From an uncultured Chloroflexia bacterium (GTDB lineage: Bacteria > Chloroflexota > Limnocylindria > Limnocylindrales > CSP1-4): a stretch of 64,000 nt of DNA. The position numbers were made by a program, and so were the translations under genes. The notes below the pieces were generated by a model. It saw only the letters and a program-made list of their open reading frames with translations, was not told where the DNA came from and searched no databases. Shown here piece after piece: positions 41,653 through 50,775 of the stretch. Location of the stretch: positions 160,001 through 224,000 of the forward strand of contig CAWEYL010000003.1 in the NCBI GenBank assembly GCA_963813335.1. Direction: 5' to 3'. Each line of letters starts with the position of its first letter. Position 1 is the stretch's first letter.

Positions 41653-42570
41653 TCAGGGGAACGTCGCCTCCTGCCAGGCGATCGTCCGCCGCACGCCGTC
41701 CTCGAGGTCGATCTGCGCGACGTAGCCCAGCTGCTCGCGTGCCTTGTCGAACGAGGCGTTCTTCACGGGCGTGACCAGCGGCCCGGGGTCGGCGAGCTGG
41801 ATGAGGTCCGTCGGCTTGCCGAGCAGCCGGCAGATCAGCTCGGCGACCTCGGTCATCGGCCGCGGGTCGGCGCGGCCCAGGTTGTACGCCTCGTACTGAC
41901 GGCCGTCCCAGCCTTCCATCAGGCTGCGGCAGCCCGCAACGATGTCGTCGATGTAGCACCAGCTCCGGGACGTCCCGCGGTGGACCGTGATCGGGCGGTC
42001 GTGGCGGACCGCGTCGATGAAGTTGGTCATCGCGCTCCGGTACGGGTCCGGCCGCTCGCCGGGGCCGTAGCACATGAAGAACCGCATGCTGGCGGCCTTG
42101 AGGCCCTGGCTCTGGCTGTAGTGGCGCAGGTAGTGCTCGGCCTGGAGCTTCGACCAGCCGTAGACGTTGGTCGGCTGGAGCACGGTGTCGGTCTCGAGGG
42201 TCTCGACGACGAGCTCCGAGCCGTGATCGCCGTAGATCTCGCTGGTCGAGGCGAAGTACAGGCGCGCATCGTGCTCCATCGCGAGCTGGATCAGGTTGAG
42301 CGTGCCGCTGACGTTGATGTCGACGCAGCGCCGCGGGAACTGCTCGCCGTTCTCGCGCCCCACCTCGCCGGCGAGATGGAAGATGTGGTCGATCTTCCAC
42401 GTGCGGAAGACCTCGGAGAGCTCCTCGTAGCGGGTGACGTCGGCGCGGAGGTAATCGGTCTCCTTGCGGATGGCGACGTCGGTGACCTTGACGTCGTAGC
42501 CGCGCTCGCGGAGGTGCTCGGTGAGGCGGCGGCCGATGACGCCGAGGCCACCGGTGATCAGGACGGCCAT
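41653..42570 (-). CDS. NAD-dependent nucleotide-sugar epimerase/dehydratase
   Basis: LITGGLGVIG, FHLA, STSEIYG, YGWSK, RSWCYIDD. Confidence 0.92.
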   Translation of the reverse strand: MAVLITGGLGVIGRRLTEHLRERGYDVKVTDVAIRKETDYLRADVTRYEELSEVFRTWKIDHIFHLAGEVGRENGEQFPRRCVDINVSGTLNLIQLAMEHDARLYFASTSEIYGDHGSELVVETLETDTVLQPTNVYGWSKLQAEHYLRHYSQSQGLKAASMRFFMCYGPGERPDPYRSAMTNFIDAVRHDRPITVHRGTSRSWCYIDDIVAGCRSLMEGWDGRQYEAYNLGRADPRPMTEVAELICRLLGKPTDLIQLADPGPLVTPVKNASFDKAREQLGYVAQIDLEDGVRRTIAWQEATFP

Positions 42571-42642
42571 GCATGCTCCTGGGGCCGGCGTTGCCGGGAT
42601 GCGGGTCGGGTCAGCGAAGCATACCGTGCGGCCGCGGCGGGC

Positions 42643-43482
42643 TCAGGCGGCAGGTCGGCGGAAGAGGATCAACTTGCCGGACGGTGCCTGTCCGGAGCGC
42701 ATCAGGACCCGGTCGGCGATGGACAGGTAGGCGCCGGTCGCAGCGGCCCAGCGCGGTCCGCGGCGCGCCCGGCGGCCGACCGCGGACCAGCGCCGCGCGC
42801 GCTTGCCATAGTCGGGCAGCCCGCGCTCGATCGGGTTCGCGGCCACGACCGTGCTCGCCCCGACGTCGACCAGCTCCAGGCCGGCCGCCTCGAACGCGGC
42901 CCGGTACTGCGCCAGGGGGCGGGCGACGGACGCGGCGCCGGGCTTCCGTGGCGCGACCGGCGCGGGCAGCGGCAGCGCCAGCGCGGGCTCCGCCAGGAGC
43001 AGGTGCCCGCCCGGGGCGACGGCCGCCGCGATGTTCGAGGCGGCATCCGCGAAGCGCCCGTCGTCGAGGACGTGGAGCAGCACGTTCATCGTGGTCACGA
43101 ACGGATAGCCCCGCTGCGCGGGGATCGTGTCGGGCTCGGCGATGTCACCGAGCGAGAACGACGCGGCGGGGAACTGCTGGCGCAGGCGCTCCACGGCCTC
43201 CGGCACGAAGTCGCAGCCGTCCACCCGCGAGGCGCCCATCTCGAGCCACGTGGTCACCCAGTAGCCCGTGCCTGAGCCGACGTCGAAGACCGCCAGCCCG
43301 TCGAGAGTCCGCAACCCGTTGCGCGCCAGGAAGGCCTGCACGTTGCGCCGGCCGATCTTGTAGAGCCAGCGGTTGAGCTCCTCGGGCAGCCCGGCCTGGC
43401 CGACCGCCCGAAGCGTCGACTCCTGGTGTTGTCGCTCCCAATAGGCGGCGGGATCGACGTCGGACGGGTCAGGCTCGGTCAC
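42643..43482 (-). CDS. Class I SAM-dependent methyltransferase
   Basis: YWE N-terminal motif, VFDVGSGTG, VLLHV.DD, PGG.LLL.E. Confidence 0.88.
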   Translation of the reverse strand: MTEPDPSDVDPAAYWERQHQESTLRAVGQAGLPEELNRWLYKIGRRNVQAFLARNGLRTLDGLAVFDVGSGTGYWVTTWLEMGASRVDGCDFVPEAVERLRQQFPAASFSLGDIAEPDTIPAQRGYPFVTTMNVLLHVLDDGRFADAASNIAAAVAPGGHLLLAEPALALPLPAPVAPRKPGAASVARPLAQYRAAFEAAGLELVDVGASTVVAANPIERGLPDYGKRARRWSAVGRRARRGPRWAAATGAYLSIADRVLMRSGQAPSGKLILFRRPAA

Positions 43483-43530
43483 CGGCGGAGTATAGGTGGG
43501 GCCCCGCGGACAGACGGTTCGGCGGCCTCG

Positions 43531-44199
43531 TCAGGCGGTCTGGCCCGCAGCCTCCGCGGCCTCGGTCCCGGCATCGGCCTTCGTCCGGGCGCGATGGCGG
43601 GCCTGCTTGGCGCGGTTGCCACAGGTGGCCATGTCGCACCAGCGGCGGCGGGCCGTGCGCGAGGCGTCGTAGAAGACCCAGTTGCAGGTGTCGCTGGCGC
43701 AGACGCGGATGCGCTCCGGCTGGCCGCTGGTCAGCTCGCGGACCATGGCATCGCTCAACCTGGCCAGCGCGTCGTCGACCGGGTCGCCCACGTGGCGATG
43801 GTCCACGTGCACACCGTCCGAGGCGGCCACGAGCTCGATGACCTGGCGGGCGTGGAGGGCTCGATTGACCTCCGACAGCGCGCTCCCGCGCGGGACCCGG
43901 TGCTCGACGACGGCGTCGGCGACCTCGCGCAGGGCCCCGCGGACGGTGTGCACGCGGTCGATGTCCCGCGCGGCGACATCGGGCCGGTCGGCGGCCTCGC
44001 GGCGCGCCCGGTCGGCGCCTTCGACGTGGATCAGGCCTCGGTCGGCGAACCAGCCGAGGGCCAGATCGAGCGTGGGGAGCTTCTCGACGGGGAAACCATC
44101 CTCGGTGTCCAGGGTGTTCAGGAAGTCGAAGGTGGTATCGACGCTGACGTCGTGGGCGTGGCCCTGCGGCGCGGGCTGGATGGTTGACGAAGTGTTCAT
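43531..44199 (-). CDS. ABATE/CGNR zinc-finger protein (putative regulator)
   Basis: DFLNT N-terminal motif; RIRVCASDTCNWVFYDASR..RRRWCDMATCGNRAK.ARHR. Confidence 0.93.
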   Translation of the reverse strand: MNTSSTIQPAPQGHAHDVSVDTTFDFLNTLDTEDGFPVEKLPTLDLALGWFADRGLIHVEGADRARREAADRPDVAARDIDRVHTVRGALREVADAVVEHRVPRGSALSEVNRALHARQVIELVAASDGVHVDHRHVGDPVDDALARLSDAMVRELTSGQPERIRVCASDTCNWVFYDASRTARRRWCDMATCGNRAKQARHRARTKADAGTEAAEAAGQTA

Positions 44200-44203
44200 C
44201 GCG

Positions 44204-44282
44204 TAACCACATTACGCCTATTGACAGGTTACACGCAACCCTCTACGATGCACCTAACCCATTAAGAGACATTTACCGGTTA
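44204..44282. promoter_or_regulatory. Twin TAACC-N18-GGTTA boxes around a sigma70 promoter
   Basis: Boxes at 44204-44231 and 44255-44282; TTGACA (44221-44226), 17 nt, TACGAT (44244-44249). Confidence 0.75.
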
Positions 44283-44309
44283 CATCGACCGGAGGAAGCG
44301 GAGGTCCCA

Positions 44310-44426
44310 ATGGACGCCATCGCCATCATCATCGGACTCGTCGGCGCCATCGTCCTGCTGGACCTCTCGGCCCTCCGCACGGGTGCCGACTCCCGCGAGT
44401 TCGACCTGGACGAGCACCGCCGCTAG
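44310..44426 (+). CDS. Small membrane peptide, 38 aa
   Basis: GGAGG RBS; MDAIAIIIGLVGAIVLLDLSALRTGADSREFDLDEHRR. Confidence 0.75.
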   Translation: MDAIAIIIGLVGAIVLLDLSALRTGADSREFDLDEHRR

Positions 44427-44468
44427 GCCGCTCGACCACTTGCCCCCGCCCGTCCACAGGAGGACGAC

Positions 44469-44702
44469 ATGAACCACTGGGCCCTGATCGCCATGGACGT
44501 CGCCAATGAGCAGGCCCGCCAGCTCAAGCATGCACAGCTCGTGGCCGAGGCCCGCGCCGGCCGCCCGGCCGGGACGCCCTTCGTCCGGCGGGCCCTGGCC
44601 AACAGCCTGGCCGTGGTCAGCCGCCGCAGCGCGGCCGCGGTCCGACGGCTCGACGACTGCGTCGCGGACGACCTCGGCCGGAGCCTCGCTCCGACGAAGT
44701 AG
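44469..44702 (+). CDS. Small helical protein, 77 aa
   Basis: AGGAGG RBS; host-like codon use. Confidence 0.75.
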   Translation: MNHWALIAMDVANEQARQLKHAQLVAEARAGRPAGTPFVRRALANSLAVVSRRSAAAVRRLDDCVADDLGRSLAPTK

Positions 44703-44808
44703 GCGCACGGCCCGCGTGCCGTCGATCGACCCGATCACCTGAACGGTGGGTGAGGCACTCGCCTGATCCACCGTTCTTCATGTCCGGTTTCGTCGTTGCC
44801 CGCGCAGA

Positions 44809-46593
44809 TCAGCTCGTCGCGGCCGGGTCGACCACGCGGCCCGCGAACAAGATCGCTCCCGTCTCCAGGTCGCGCAGGGCGAAGAAGAACGGGTGGTCGA
44901 GCCGCAGCGTGACCTCCTTCGCCGGCTGCGGCCCGGTGCAACCACCAGTGTCCATCCCGATCGCGGTCGCAGCGGCCGCCTCGGTGCCCTTCTCGTCGAC
45001 GTCGATGTTCGCCTGGTGGATGACGTTCCCGATGTAGAGCGTGTCGCTTTGGCTGGTGGGTCGGTGGATCCCCGAGAAGTCGGCCGTGCCGGCACTGAAT
45101 GCGTCGGGCATCCCGAGGGCGGCCAAGAGCCCCTTGAGCTGGGCCCGCGTATCGATGCTGAAGCGCGGCATGAAGAGCGACAGGCTGTACGGATACGAGC
45201 CGCAGTCCTCCGGTTGCGGGCCGTAGCTGATGTCCTTGGCGAGGCGTGTCCGCTCCTTGGCGAGCGATGCCGCGATCTGTCCGACCTGCGCGCCGCTGAG
45301 CCTGGACTCGAACGTGGCCAGGTCGTCGGGCATGATCAGGGTCATGGCGAGCGGGGGCGTGTCGCCCGGGCCGCGGTATCGCAGCTCGGTGGCCCGCCAA
45401 CCGGCGCCCTTGACGTAGGGAACCTCCTGCCCGCCGAACAGCCGCATCGTCGGCACGTCGCTGACGGAGGTCGCCGACCGGTGGAAAGGTCGTGCGGTGG
45501 TCTCGCCGTCAGCGAACGGGACCAGCCAGTTCGCCTTCAGGTAGACGGCGTTGACCAGGTACAGGCGCGTGCCGGTGGTGACGTCGTTGCTGCCGAGGAG
45601 CTTCGGGATGCGGCGCTCGGTCTGGCGGCTCACCCAGGCATTGATCGTCTGGCGTGCCGCATCCGGGTCGGCCGTGTAGTCCACGAGCTGCTGGCCCGAC
45701 CCGAAGGTCCGGGCGATCTCGTCGAGGAAGGACTGCTCGATCGGCCAGCCCTTCTGCGCGAATGAGCTGTTCGCGATCTTGAGAGCGAGCTCGTGGCTGT
45801 GGCCCTCGTCGTCCTGGTAGGTGCCGTCGCGGGACGCGATCAGCTGCTCCAGCGAGCCGTAGCCAGGCCCGAGCGTGGCCTGGCTGCTCGCGTGCAGGAC
45901 GTCGTCGATCTGCGAGGCGGTCGTGCCCTTGGCGCCCGCCCGGACCATCCCGAGGGCGAGGGCGATGCTCGTCGGCGAGAAAACCATGTTCCGGCTGGCC
46001 CCGTCGATGGTCGGGTCCGCCAGCATCTGGCGATAGATATCGATGCCGAACGCATCGATCGCCGTCGCCGCGGCGCGGGCCTGCTTCGCGTCGGCCGGTC
46101 GGCGGGAGACGGCCGACATCGCCACATCGATGCCAGTGATCGCCGGCTCCGCCACGCCGATCCACGGCGTCCCGTCGTGGTCTGCCGCGGCGACCCACGC
46201 GCGGCTAGCGCCACTCTTGAGGGTGAACCCGAGCGGTTCGACCTGGTACCAGGTGTACCCCGACGCCTCGACGGGGCCTCCGACGACCTGGAGCTCGGTG
46301 CCCAGCGGGAGGAGCGGGTCGTACTTGACGGAGTCGTCGCTGACGCGCGGCTCCGACCGCATGCGCACGTCGCCGCTGACGGTCTTGACGACGGCGCCAA
46401 GGAATGCGTCGCTCGGGCCTGACGGGCTCGCGGCTGGCGACGAGGACGGGGCCGGCGATCCGGCCGACGGTGTCGCGGACGGCGTCCCGTTCGGGCCGGC
46501 CGACGGTGATGGTGAGGTCTCCTGGGATCCGCAGGCGGCGACGGCAAACGCGACAACGAGGAGTCCGACGCTGATCCGTCGAGCCTGGTCCAT
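44809..46593 (-). CDS. Lipoprotein serpin with N-terminal SH3-like domain
   Basis: VAAC lipobox; VRMRSEP...GPVEASGYTWYQV (SH3b-like); NMVFSPTSI, INAWVS.QT..RI, LVNAVYLKANW, DEKGTEAAAAT, DHPFFF, LFAGRVVDP. Confidence 0.92.
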   Translation of the reverse strand: MDQARRISVGLLVVAFAVAACGSQETSPSPSAGPNGTPSATPSAGSPAPSSSPAASPSGPSDAFLGAVVKTVSGDVRMRSEPRVSDDSVKYDPLLPLGTELQVVGGPVEASGYTWYQVEPLGFTLKSGASRAWVAAADHDGTPWIGVAEPAITGIDVAMSAVSRRPADAKQARAAATAIDAFGIDIYRQMLADPTIDGASRNMVFSPTSIALALGMVRAGAKGTTASQIDDVLHASSQATLGPGYGSLEQLIASRDGTYQDDEGHSHELALKIANSSFAQKGWPIEQSFLDEIARTFGSGQQLVDYTADPDAARQTINAWVSRQTERRIPKLLGSNDVTTGTRLYLVNAVYLKANWLVPFADGETTARPFHRSATSVSDVPTMRLFGGQEVPYVKGAGWRATELRYRGPGDTPPLAMTLIMPDDLATFESRLSGAQVGQIAASLAKERTRLAKDISYGPQPEDCGSYPYSLSLFMPRFSIDTRAQLKGLLAALGMPDAFSAGTADFSGIHRPTSQSDTLYIGNVIHQANIDVDEKGTEAAAATAIGMDTGGCTGPQPAKEVTLRLDHPFFFALRDLETGAILFAGRVVDPAATS

Positions 46594-46759
46594 GGCGTGT
46601 CCCTCCCGCTTCCCCGCCCGATGCGAACGTGATTCGGCGGTCGTGGAGCCCAGCCGGCCGTCTTGCGGTGGGGCCGATCGGCGTTGGGACGCCTGATGAT
46701 GCCGGATGTTGCGGCGGCCGGATAAGTCGCAGCTAAGCGCCCATCGGTAGGGTCTGCCA

Positions 46760-46806
46760 CGACGTCTCGTCCACGTCGGTAGTGCCCCCAACGTGGCGAG
46801 ACGTCG
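46760..46806. promoter_or_regulatory. Hairpin upstream of comEA
   Basis: CGACGTCTCG(t)CCACGT-N14-ACGTGGCGAGACGTCG, a 16-bp stem with one bulge. Confidence 0.5.
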
Positions 46807-46858
46807 CGTCGCGAGCGCCCAGTCCGCCTGAGCCGATCCCGCCGGGGAGGGCTCGACC

Positions 46859-47593
46859 TTGGACCCTGCACCGGCGCCCTGGCGCACGATCGAGAGCAGC
46901 CCGCCAGGCGGCGCGACCGCTGATAGCGACGCCATCGGCAGTCCGGCCCGACCGTCCCGGACCGCATTCGCGATCTTCGCGTTGGCCGGGCTCGTCGTGC
47001 TGGCGTCGTTCCTCGTGGCCGTCGGCTCGGGCACCGGCGGTTCGCTCGAGGTCGATGGCGGCTCCCCGGTGCCGGCCTCCTACCCCGGTGCCGCGGCACC
47101 CAGCGCGGTGGACGGCATGACGTCGGTGAACGGCGATCGGGTCGTCGTCGAGATCGTCGGGGCGGTCGCCCATCCCGGCGTCTTCCACCTTCCCATCGGT
47201 GCGCGCCTCGGGGACCTGGTCGAGGCGGCCGGCGGGTTCGGGCCGCGGGTCGACACGACGCGCGCGAGCTCGCTGAACCTCGCCGCGATCCTCAAGGACG
47301 GCGACCAGGTGCGGGTGCCGTCGCGCGACGACGCCCAGGCAAGCAGCCCGTCGCGAGCGGGCGCCGACGGGACCGGCGGGACGGGCCCCGGCGCCACCCC
47401 CATGGTCGACCTCAACCGAGCCACCAGCGCGGAGCTCGAGGCCCTGCCCGGGATCGGGCCGGTGACGGCCGGCAAGATCGTCGCGTCGCGCGAGTCGACC
47501 GGCCGGTTCGTCGCGATCGAGGACCTGCGGACCCGCAAGCTCGTCGGCGAGAAGCTCTTCGAGCAGCTCAAGCCGCTCGTGACGGTCGGGTGA
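46859..47593 (+). CDS. comEA: Competence DNA receptor ComEA
   Basis: TM anchor, SLBB (VEIVGAVAHPGV...LNLA..LKDGDQVRVP), HhH (LNRATSAELEALPGIGP). Confidence 0.93.
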   Translation: MDPAPAPWRTIESSPPGGATADSDAIGSPARPSRTAFAIFALAGLVVLASFLVAVGSGTGGSLEVDGGSPVPASYPGAAAPSAVDGMTSVNGDRVVVEIVGAVAHPGVFHLPIGARLGDLVEAAGGFGPRVDTTRASSLNLAAILKDGDQVRVPSRDDAQASSPSRAGADGTGGTGPGATPMVDLNRATSAELEALPGIGPVTAGKIVASRESTGRFVAIEDLRTRKLVGEKLFEQLKPLVTVG

Positions 47594-47594
47594 G

Positions 47595-50500
47595 ATGCCG
47601 CGCAGCGGCTGGCTGGCCACGGGGGCGGTCGCCGCCGCCTGGACGGCCACGAGCGTCTCCTGGATCTGGGCCGTCGCGTTGACCGTTCTCGGCGTGGCGG
47701 CCGTGGTGACGGCTTGGGCGATCCGTGCCGAGCGCGCCGAGCGCGCCGGGCGGGTCGTCCTCTTCGGGGCGGCGCTGATCCTGGCCCGGCTCATCGTCGG
47801 CGGCGCGGGTCCGGCGGTGCCGGCCACCGTCCCGGACGGCCGCGGCCCGTGGCTGTTCACGGTCGAAGCCACCGGCGCCGCCCGCGACGGGAGTCAGACT
47901 GCCACGCTCGGATCGCTACCGGGTGCGACGCCCGTCGTCCGGGTGGCGGCGACCCTGCCGGCCTATCCCGCGGTCATGGCCGGCGACATCGTCACCGTCG
48001 AGGGTCCGATCCGCCCGCGACCCACCTCGTCCTATGGCGACTACCTCGAGCGCATCGGGGCCGTCGGGACGATCACGGCCACGTCGATGGAGGTCGCGCC
48101 GCGGCCGTTCGATGCGGGGCACGCCGTCGAGGACGCCCGCCAGGCCGCCGCCGCGGCGCTGGCCGCCGTGCTACCGGAACCCGAGGCCGGCCTCGCCGCC
48201 GGGATCCTCATCGGCCTGCGCGATCGGGTCGACCGGGACCTGGCAGCCGCGTTCACGACGGCCGGCGTGAGCCACGTGGTCGCCATCTCGGGCTGGAACA
48301 TCGCGATCGTGGCCGCCGCGGTCGCGGCGTGCTCGGGCCGGATGGGCCGGCGGCGGCGGTCGGTGGTCACGATGGCCGCGATCGTCGCCTACGTCGTCTT
48401 CGCGGGCGCGTCGGCCTCCGTGGTCCGTGCCGGGGCGATGGCAGGGGTGGTGCTGCTCGCCCGCGAATCGGGTCGGGCCGGACGCGCGGCGGCGGCACTC
48501 GGCTGGGCCGCGGCGATCCTGCTCCTGGCCGACCCGCGGCTGATCGGCGATGCGGGATTCCAGCTGTCGGCACTCGCGACAGCCGGGCTCATCGCGTGGG
48601 CCACCCCGACGACCGAGGCGATCGAGCGGCTCGGCCGCGGACACGTCCCGCGCTGGCTCGCCGAGAGCCTCGGGGTCTCGCTGGCGGCCCAGCTGGCGAC
48701 GCTGCCGGTGATCCTCATCGCGTTCGGGCGGCTGGCGATCCTCGCGCCGGCGGTCAACCTCGTCATCGTCCCGCTCGTCGCCCCGGCGATGGCCGCCGGA
48801 CTCGTGGCCCTCTTCGGTGGCGTCCTGATGATGCTCGGGGCGCCACCGGTCGCCGGAGCGGTGCTCGCCCTCCCGGGCTGGGTCTCGCTCCGGCTGATGG
48901 TCGCCATCGTCGACACGGCCGCCGGGATCCCGTTCGCGAGCGTGACGCTACCAGCGCCGATCGCCCTGGCCGCGGCGGGCGCGACGATCGCCGCGATCCT
49001 CGGCGTCCGGGTCTGCCTTCACCGCCGCCGCGGTCGCGCGTCCGCCCGGGATCGGACGGCCGAGCCACGGCCCACCGAGTCTCGGCCCGGCGGGCGCCGG
49101 ACCACGACCTCACCGCCCCGCGTGCTGCGCCTCGCCGTGGTGTCGCTCGCGGTCAGCGTCGTCGTGGGCGGCGCGGTCGTCAGCTCCCGCCCCGTCGGTC
49201 TCCCTCGCGTCTCGGTCATGGATGTCGGGCAGGGCGATGCGATCCTCGTCGAGGGCTCGCGCGGCGGCAGGCTGCTCATCGACGGAGGGCCAGACCCCGC
49301 CCGGTTGCTGATCGAGCTCGACGCGCGGATCCCGCCCTGGGACCGGCGCATCGATGCCGTCATCCTCACCCACCCCCACGAAGACCATGTGGCCGGCCTC
49401 GCGCGACTGCTCGACCGCTATCGGATCGGGCGCGTCTTCGAGCCCGGGATGCGCGGGCCCGGGCCTGGGTATGCCGCCTGGCTCGGCCGGCTGGCGGTCG
49501 CGGCGGCGCCCGTCCGGATGGGCCTTGCCCGGGGCGATCGATTGGCCGTGGATGACATCGACCTCCGCGTGCTCTGGCCGATCCGTGGCCAGGTCCCGGC
49601 CGAACCGCCCGACGGCGGGACCGGCATCAACAACGTCTCGATCGTTTTGCTCGGCTCGGTCGGCACGTTCCGGTTCCTGTTGGCCGGCGACGTCGAGCAG
49701 GGGATCGACCCGTCGTTGCTCGAGGAGCGGCTGCCTCGGCTCGACTTCCTCAAGGTCGCCCACCACGGCAGCAAGACCGCGACGACGCAGGCGTTCGTCG
49801 ACGCCGTGCGCCCCAGGGTCGCCGTCGCGTCGGCTGGCGCGGGCAACCCATACGGTCACCCAGCGCCGTCCACGCTCGAACGGCTGGCGGCCGCCGGCGC
49901 CCAGGTCTTCCGGACCGACCTCGACGGCACCGTCGTGGCCACCTTCGACCCAGCCGGGATGACGGTGCGGGCGGAAGGTGGGCGTCCCGTGGCCGCCCGC
50001 GCCGCGGTGCCGGATGCGCGAGCCGCGGCGTTCCGCTGCGGCATCCCGAACGCCGCCCTCATCCCGGAACGCGAGCCGACGCGGCCGCCGCCGGCCAGTG
50101 CCCTCCGCCCGAGGCCGACCACCACCGTCGGGTACCATCGAGCCGATGACGGTCCCGGGGCGGGTGGACGCCGCCTCCCTCCTGCTCTCCCTGGATCCCC
50201 CGCCCTGGTTGCTGCGGCACGCGCGCGCCGTGGCCGAGGTGGCCGGCTGGCTGGCGGCGCGGATCGACGCACGCGGGATCGCCGTGGACCGACGACTCGT
50301 CGAGGCCGCGGCCCTGCTCCACGACGCCGACAAGGCGCTGCCGGCCGGCGATCCGGCGCGCGGCCTCCCCCATGGCGAGGGATCGGCGGCCTGGCTGACC
50401 CGCCAGGGCCATCCCGAGCTGGCGCGGGCTGTCGCGGGCCACCCGGTGACGCGCCTGCTCGACGGCGAGCGGTCCAAGACCTGGGCCGCGTTCGCGAGCC

Positions 50501-50639
50501 GCGAGGAGCGGATCGTGGCCTACGCCGACAAGCGCGCCGGGCAGCGCCTCGAATCGATGGACGCCCGCTTCGCGTCGTGGCGCCGGCGCTATCCGGACCC
50601 GACCGGTGGCGACCGCCAGGCCGCCGGCTGGGACGATGA
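47595..50639 (+). CDS. comEC: DNA uptake channel ComEC/Rec2 (recognisable to about 49980; ORF runs on through the HD gene)
   Basis: GVSHVVAISGWN, SASVVRAG.M, GFQLS, DVGQGDA, LTHPHEDH, NNVSIV, LKVAHHGS, NPYGHP, RTDLDG. Confidence 0.93.
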   Translation: MPRSGWLATGAVAAAWTATSVSWIWAVALTVLGVAAVVTAWAIRAERAERAGRVVLFGAALILARLIVGGAGPAVPATVPDGRGPWLFTVEATGAARDGSQTATLGSLPGATPVVRVAATLPAYPAVMAGDIVTVEGPIRPRPTSSYGDYLERIGAVGTITATSMEVAPRPFDAGHAVEDARQAAAAALAAVLPEPEAGLAAGILIGLRDRVDRDLAAAFTTAGVSHVVAISGWNIAIVAAAVAACSGRMGRRRRSVVTMAAIVAYVVFAGASASVVRAGAMAGVVLLARESGRAGRAAAALGWAAAILLLADPRLIGDAGFQLSALATAGLIAWATPTTEAIERLGRGHVPRWLAESLGVSLAAQLATLPVILIAFGRLAILAPAVNLVIVPLVAPAMAAGLVALFGGVLMMLGAPPVAGAVLALPGWVSLRLMVAIVDTAAGIPFASVTLPAPIALAAAGATIAAILGVRVCLHRRRGRASARDRTAEPRPTESRPGGRRTTTSPPRVLRLAVVSLAVSVVVGGAVVSSRPVGLPRVSVMDVGQGDAILVEGSRGGRLLIDGGPDPARLLIELDARIPPWDRRIDAVILTHPHEDHVAGLARLLDRYRIGRVFEPGMRGPGPGYAAWLGRLAVAAAPVRMGLARGDRLAVDDIDLRVLWPIRGQVPAEPPDGGTGINNVSIVLLGSVGTFRFLLAGDVEQGIDPSLLEERLPRLDFLKVAHHGSKTATTQAFVDAVRPRVAVASAGAGNPYGHPAPSTLERLAAAGAQVFRTDLDGTVVATFDPAGMTVRAEGGRPVAARAAVPDARAAAFRCGIPNAALIPEREPTRPPPASALRPRPTTTVGYHRADDGPGAGGRRLPPALPGSPALVAAARARRGRGGRLAGGADRRTRDRRGPTTRRGRGPAPRRRQGAAGRRSGARPPPWRGIGGLADPPGPSRAGAGCRGPPGDAPARRRAVQDLGRVREPRGADRGLRRQARRAAPRIDGRPLRVVAPALSGPDRWRPPGRRLGR

Positions 50640-50775
50640 CGCCCTGCGGGCGGTCCGGGCGCGCGCGGCACGCCTCGAGGCCGATGTCTGCCGGGCCGCC
50701 GGGGTCGCGCCGGCCGAGGTCCGCCGGCTCGCGTGGACCGGCGACGCCCTCCGCGCCGCGGCGGCGCGCGCATGA
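50146..50775 (+). CDS. HD-domain phosphohydrolase
   Basis: HARAVA, AALLHDADK, HG, HP, IVAYADKR. ATG 7 nt after TACCAT. Confidence 0.88.
   Translation: MTVPGRVDAASLLLSLDPPPWLLRHARAVAEVAGWLAARIDARGIAVDRRLVEAAALLHDADKALPAGDPARGLPHGEGSAAWLTRQGHPELARAVAGHPVTRLLDGERSKTWAAFASREERIVAYADKRAGQRLESMDARFASWRRRYPDPTGGDRQAAGWDDDALRAVRARAARLEADVCRAAGVAPAEVRRLAWTGDALRAAAARA

Noticed and set aside
39710-43482. GT2, two epimerases and methyltransferase as a novel biosynthetic cluster
   Set aside because: Common surface-glycan modification genes with no scaffold-forming enzyme.
46624-46636. CGAACGTGATTCG as an SOS box before serpin/comEA
   Set aside because: One base short of GAAC-N4-GTTC spacing and mismatched.
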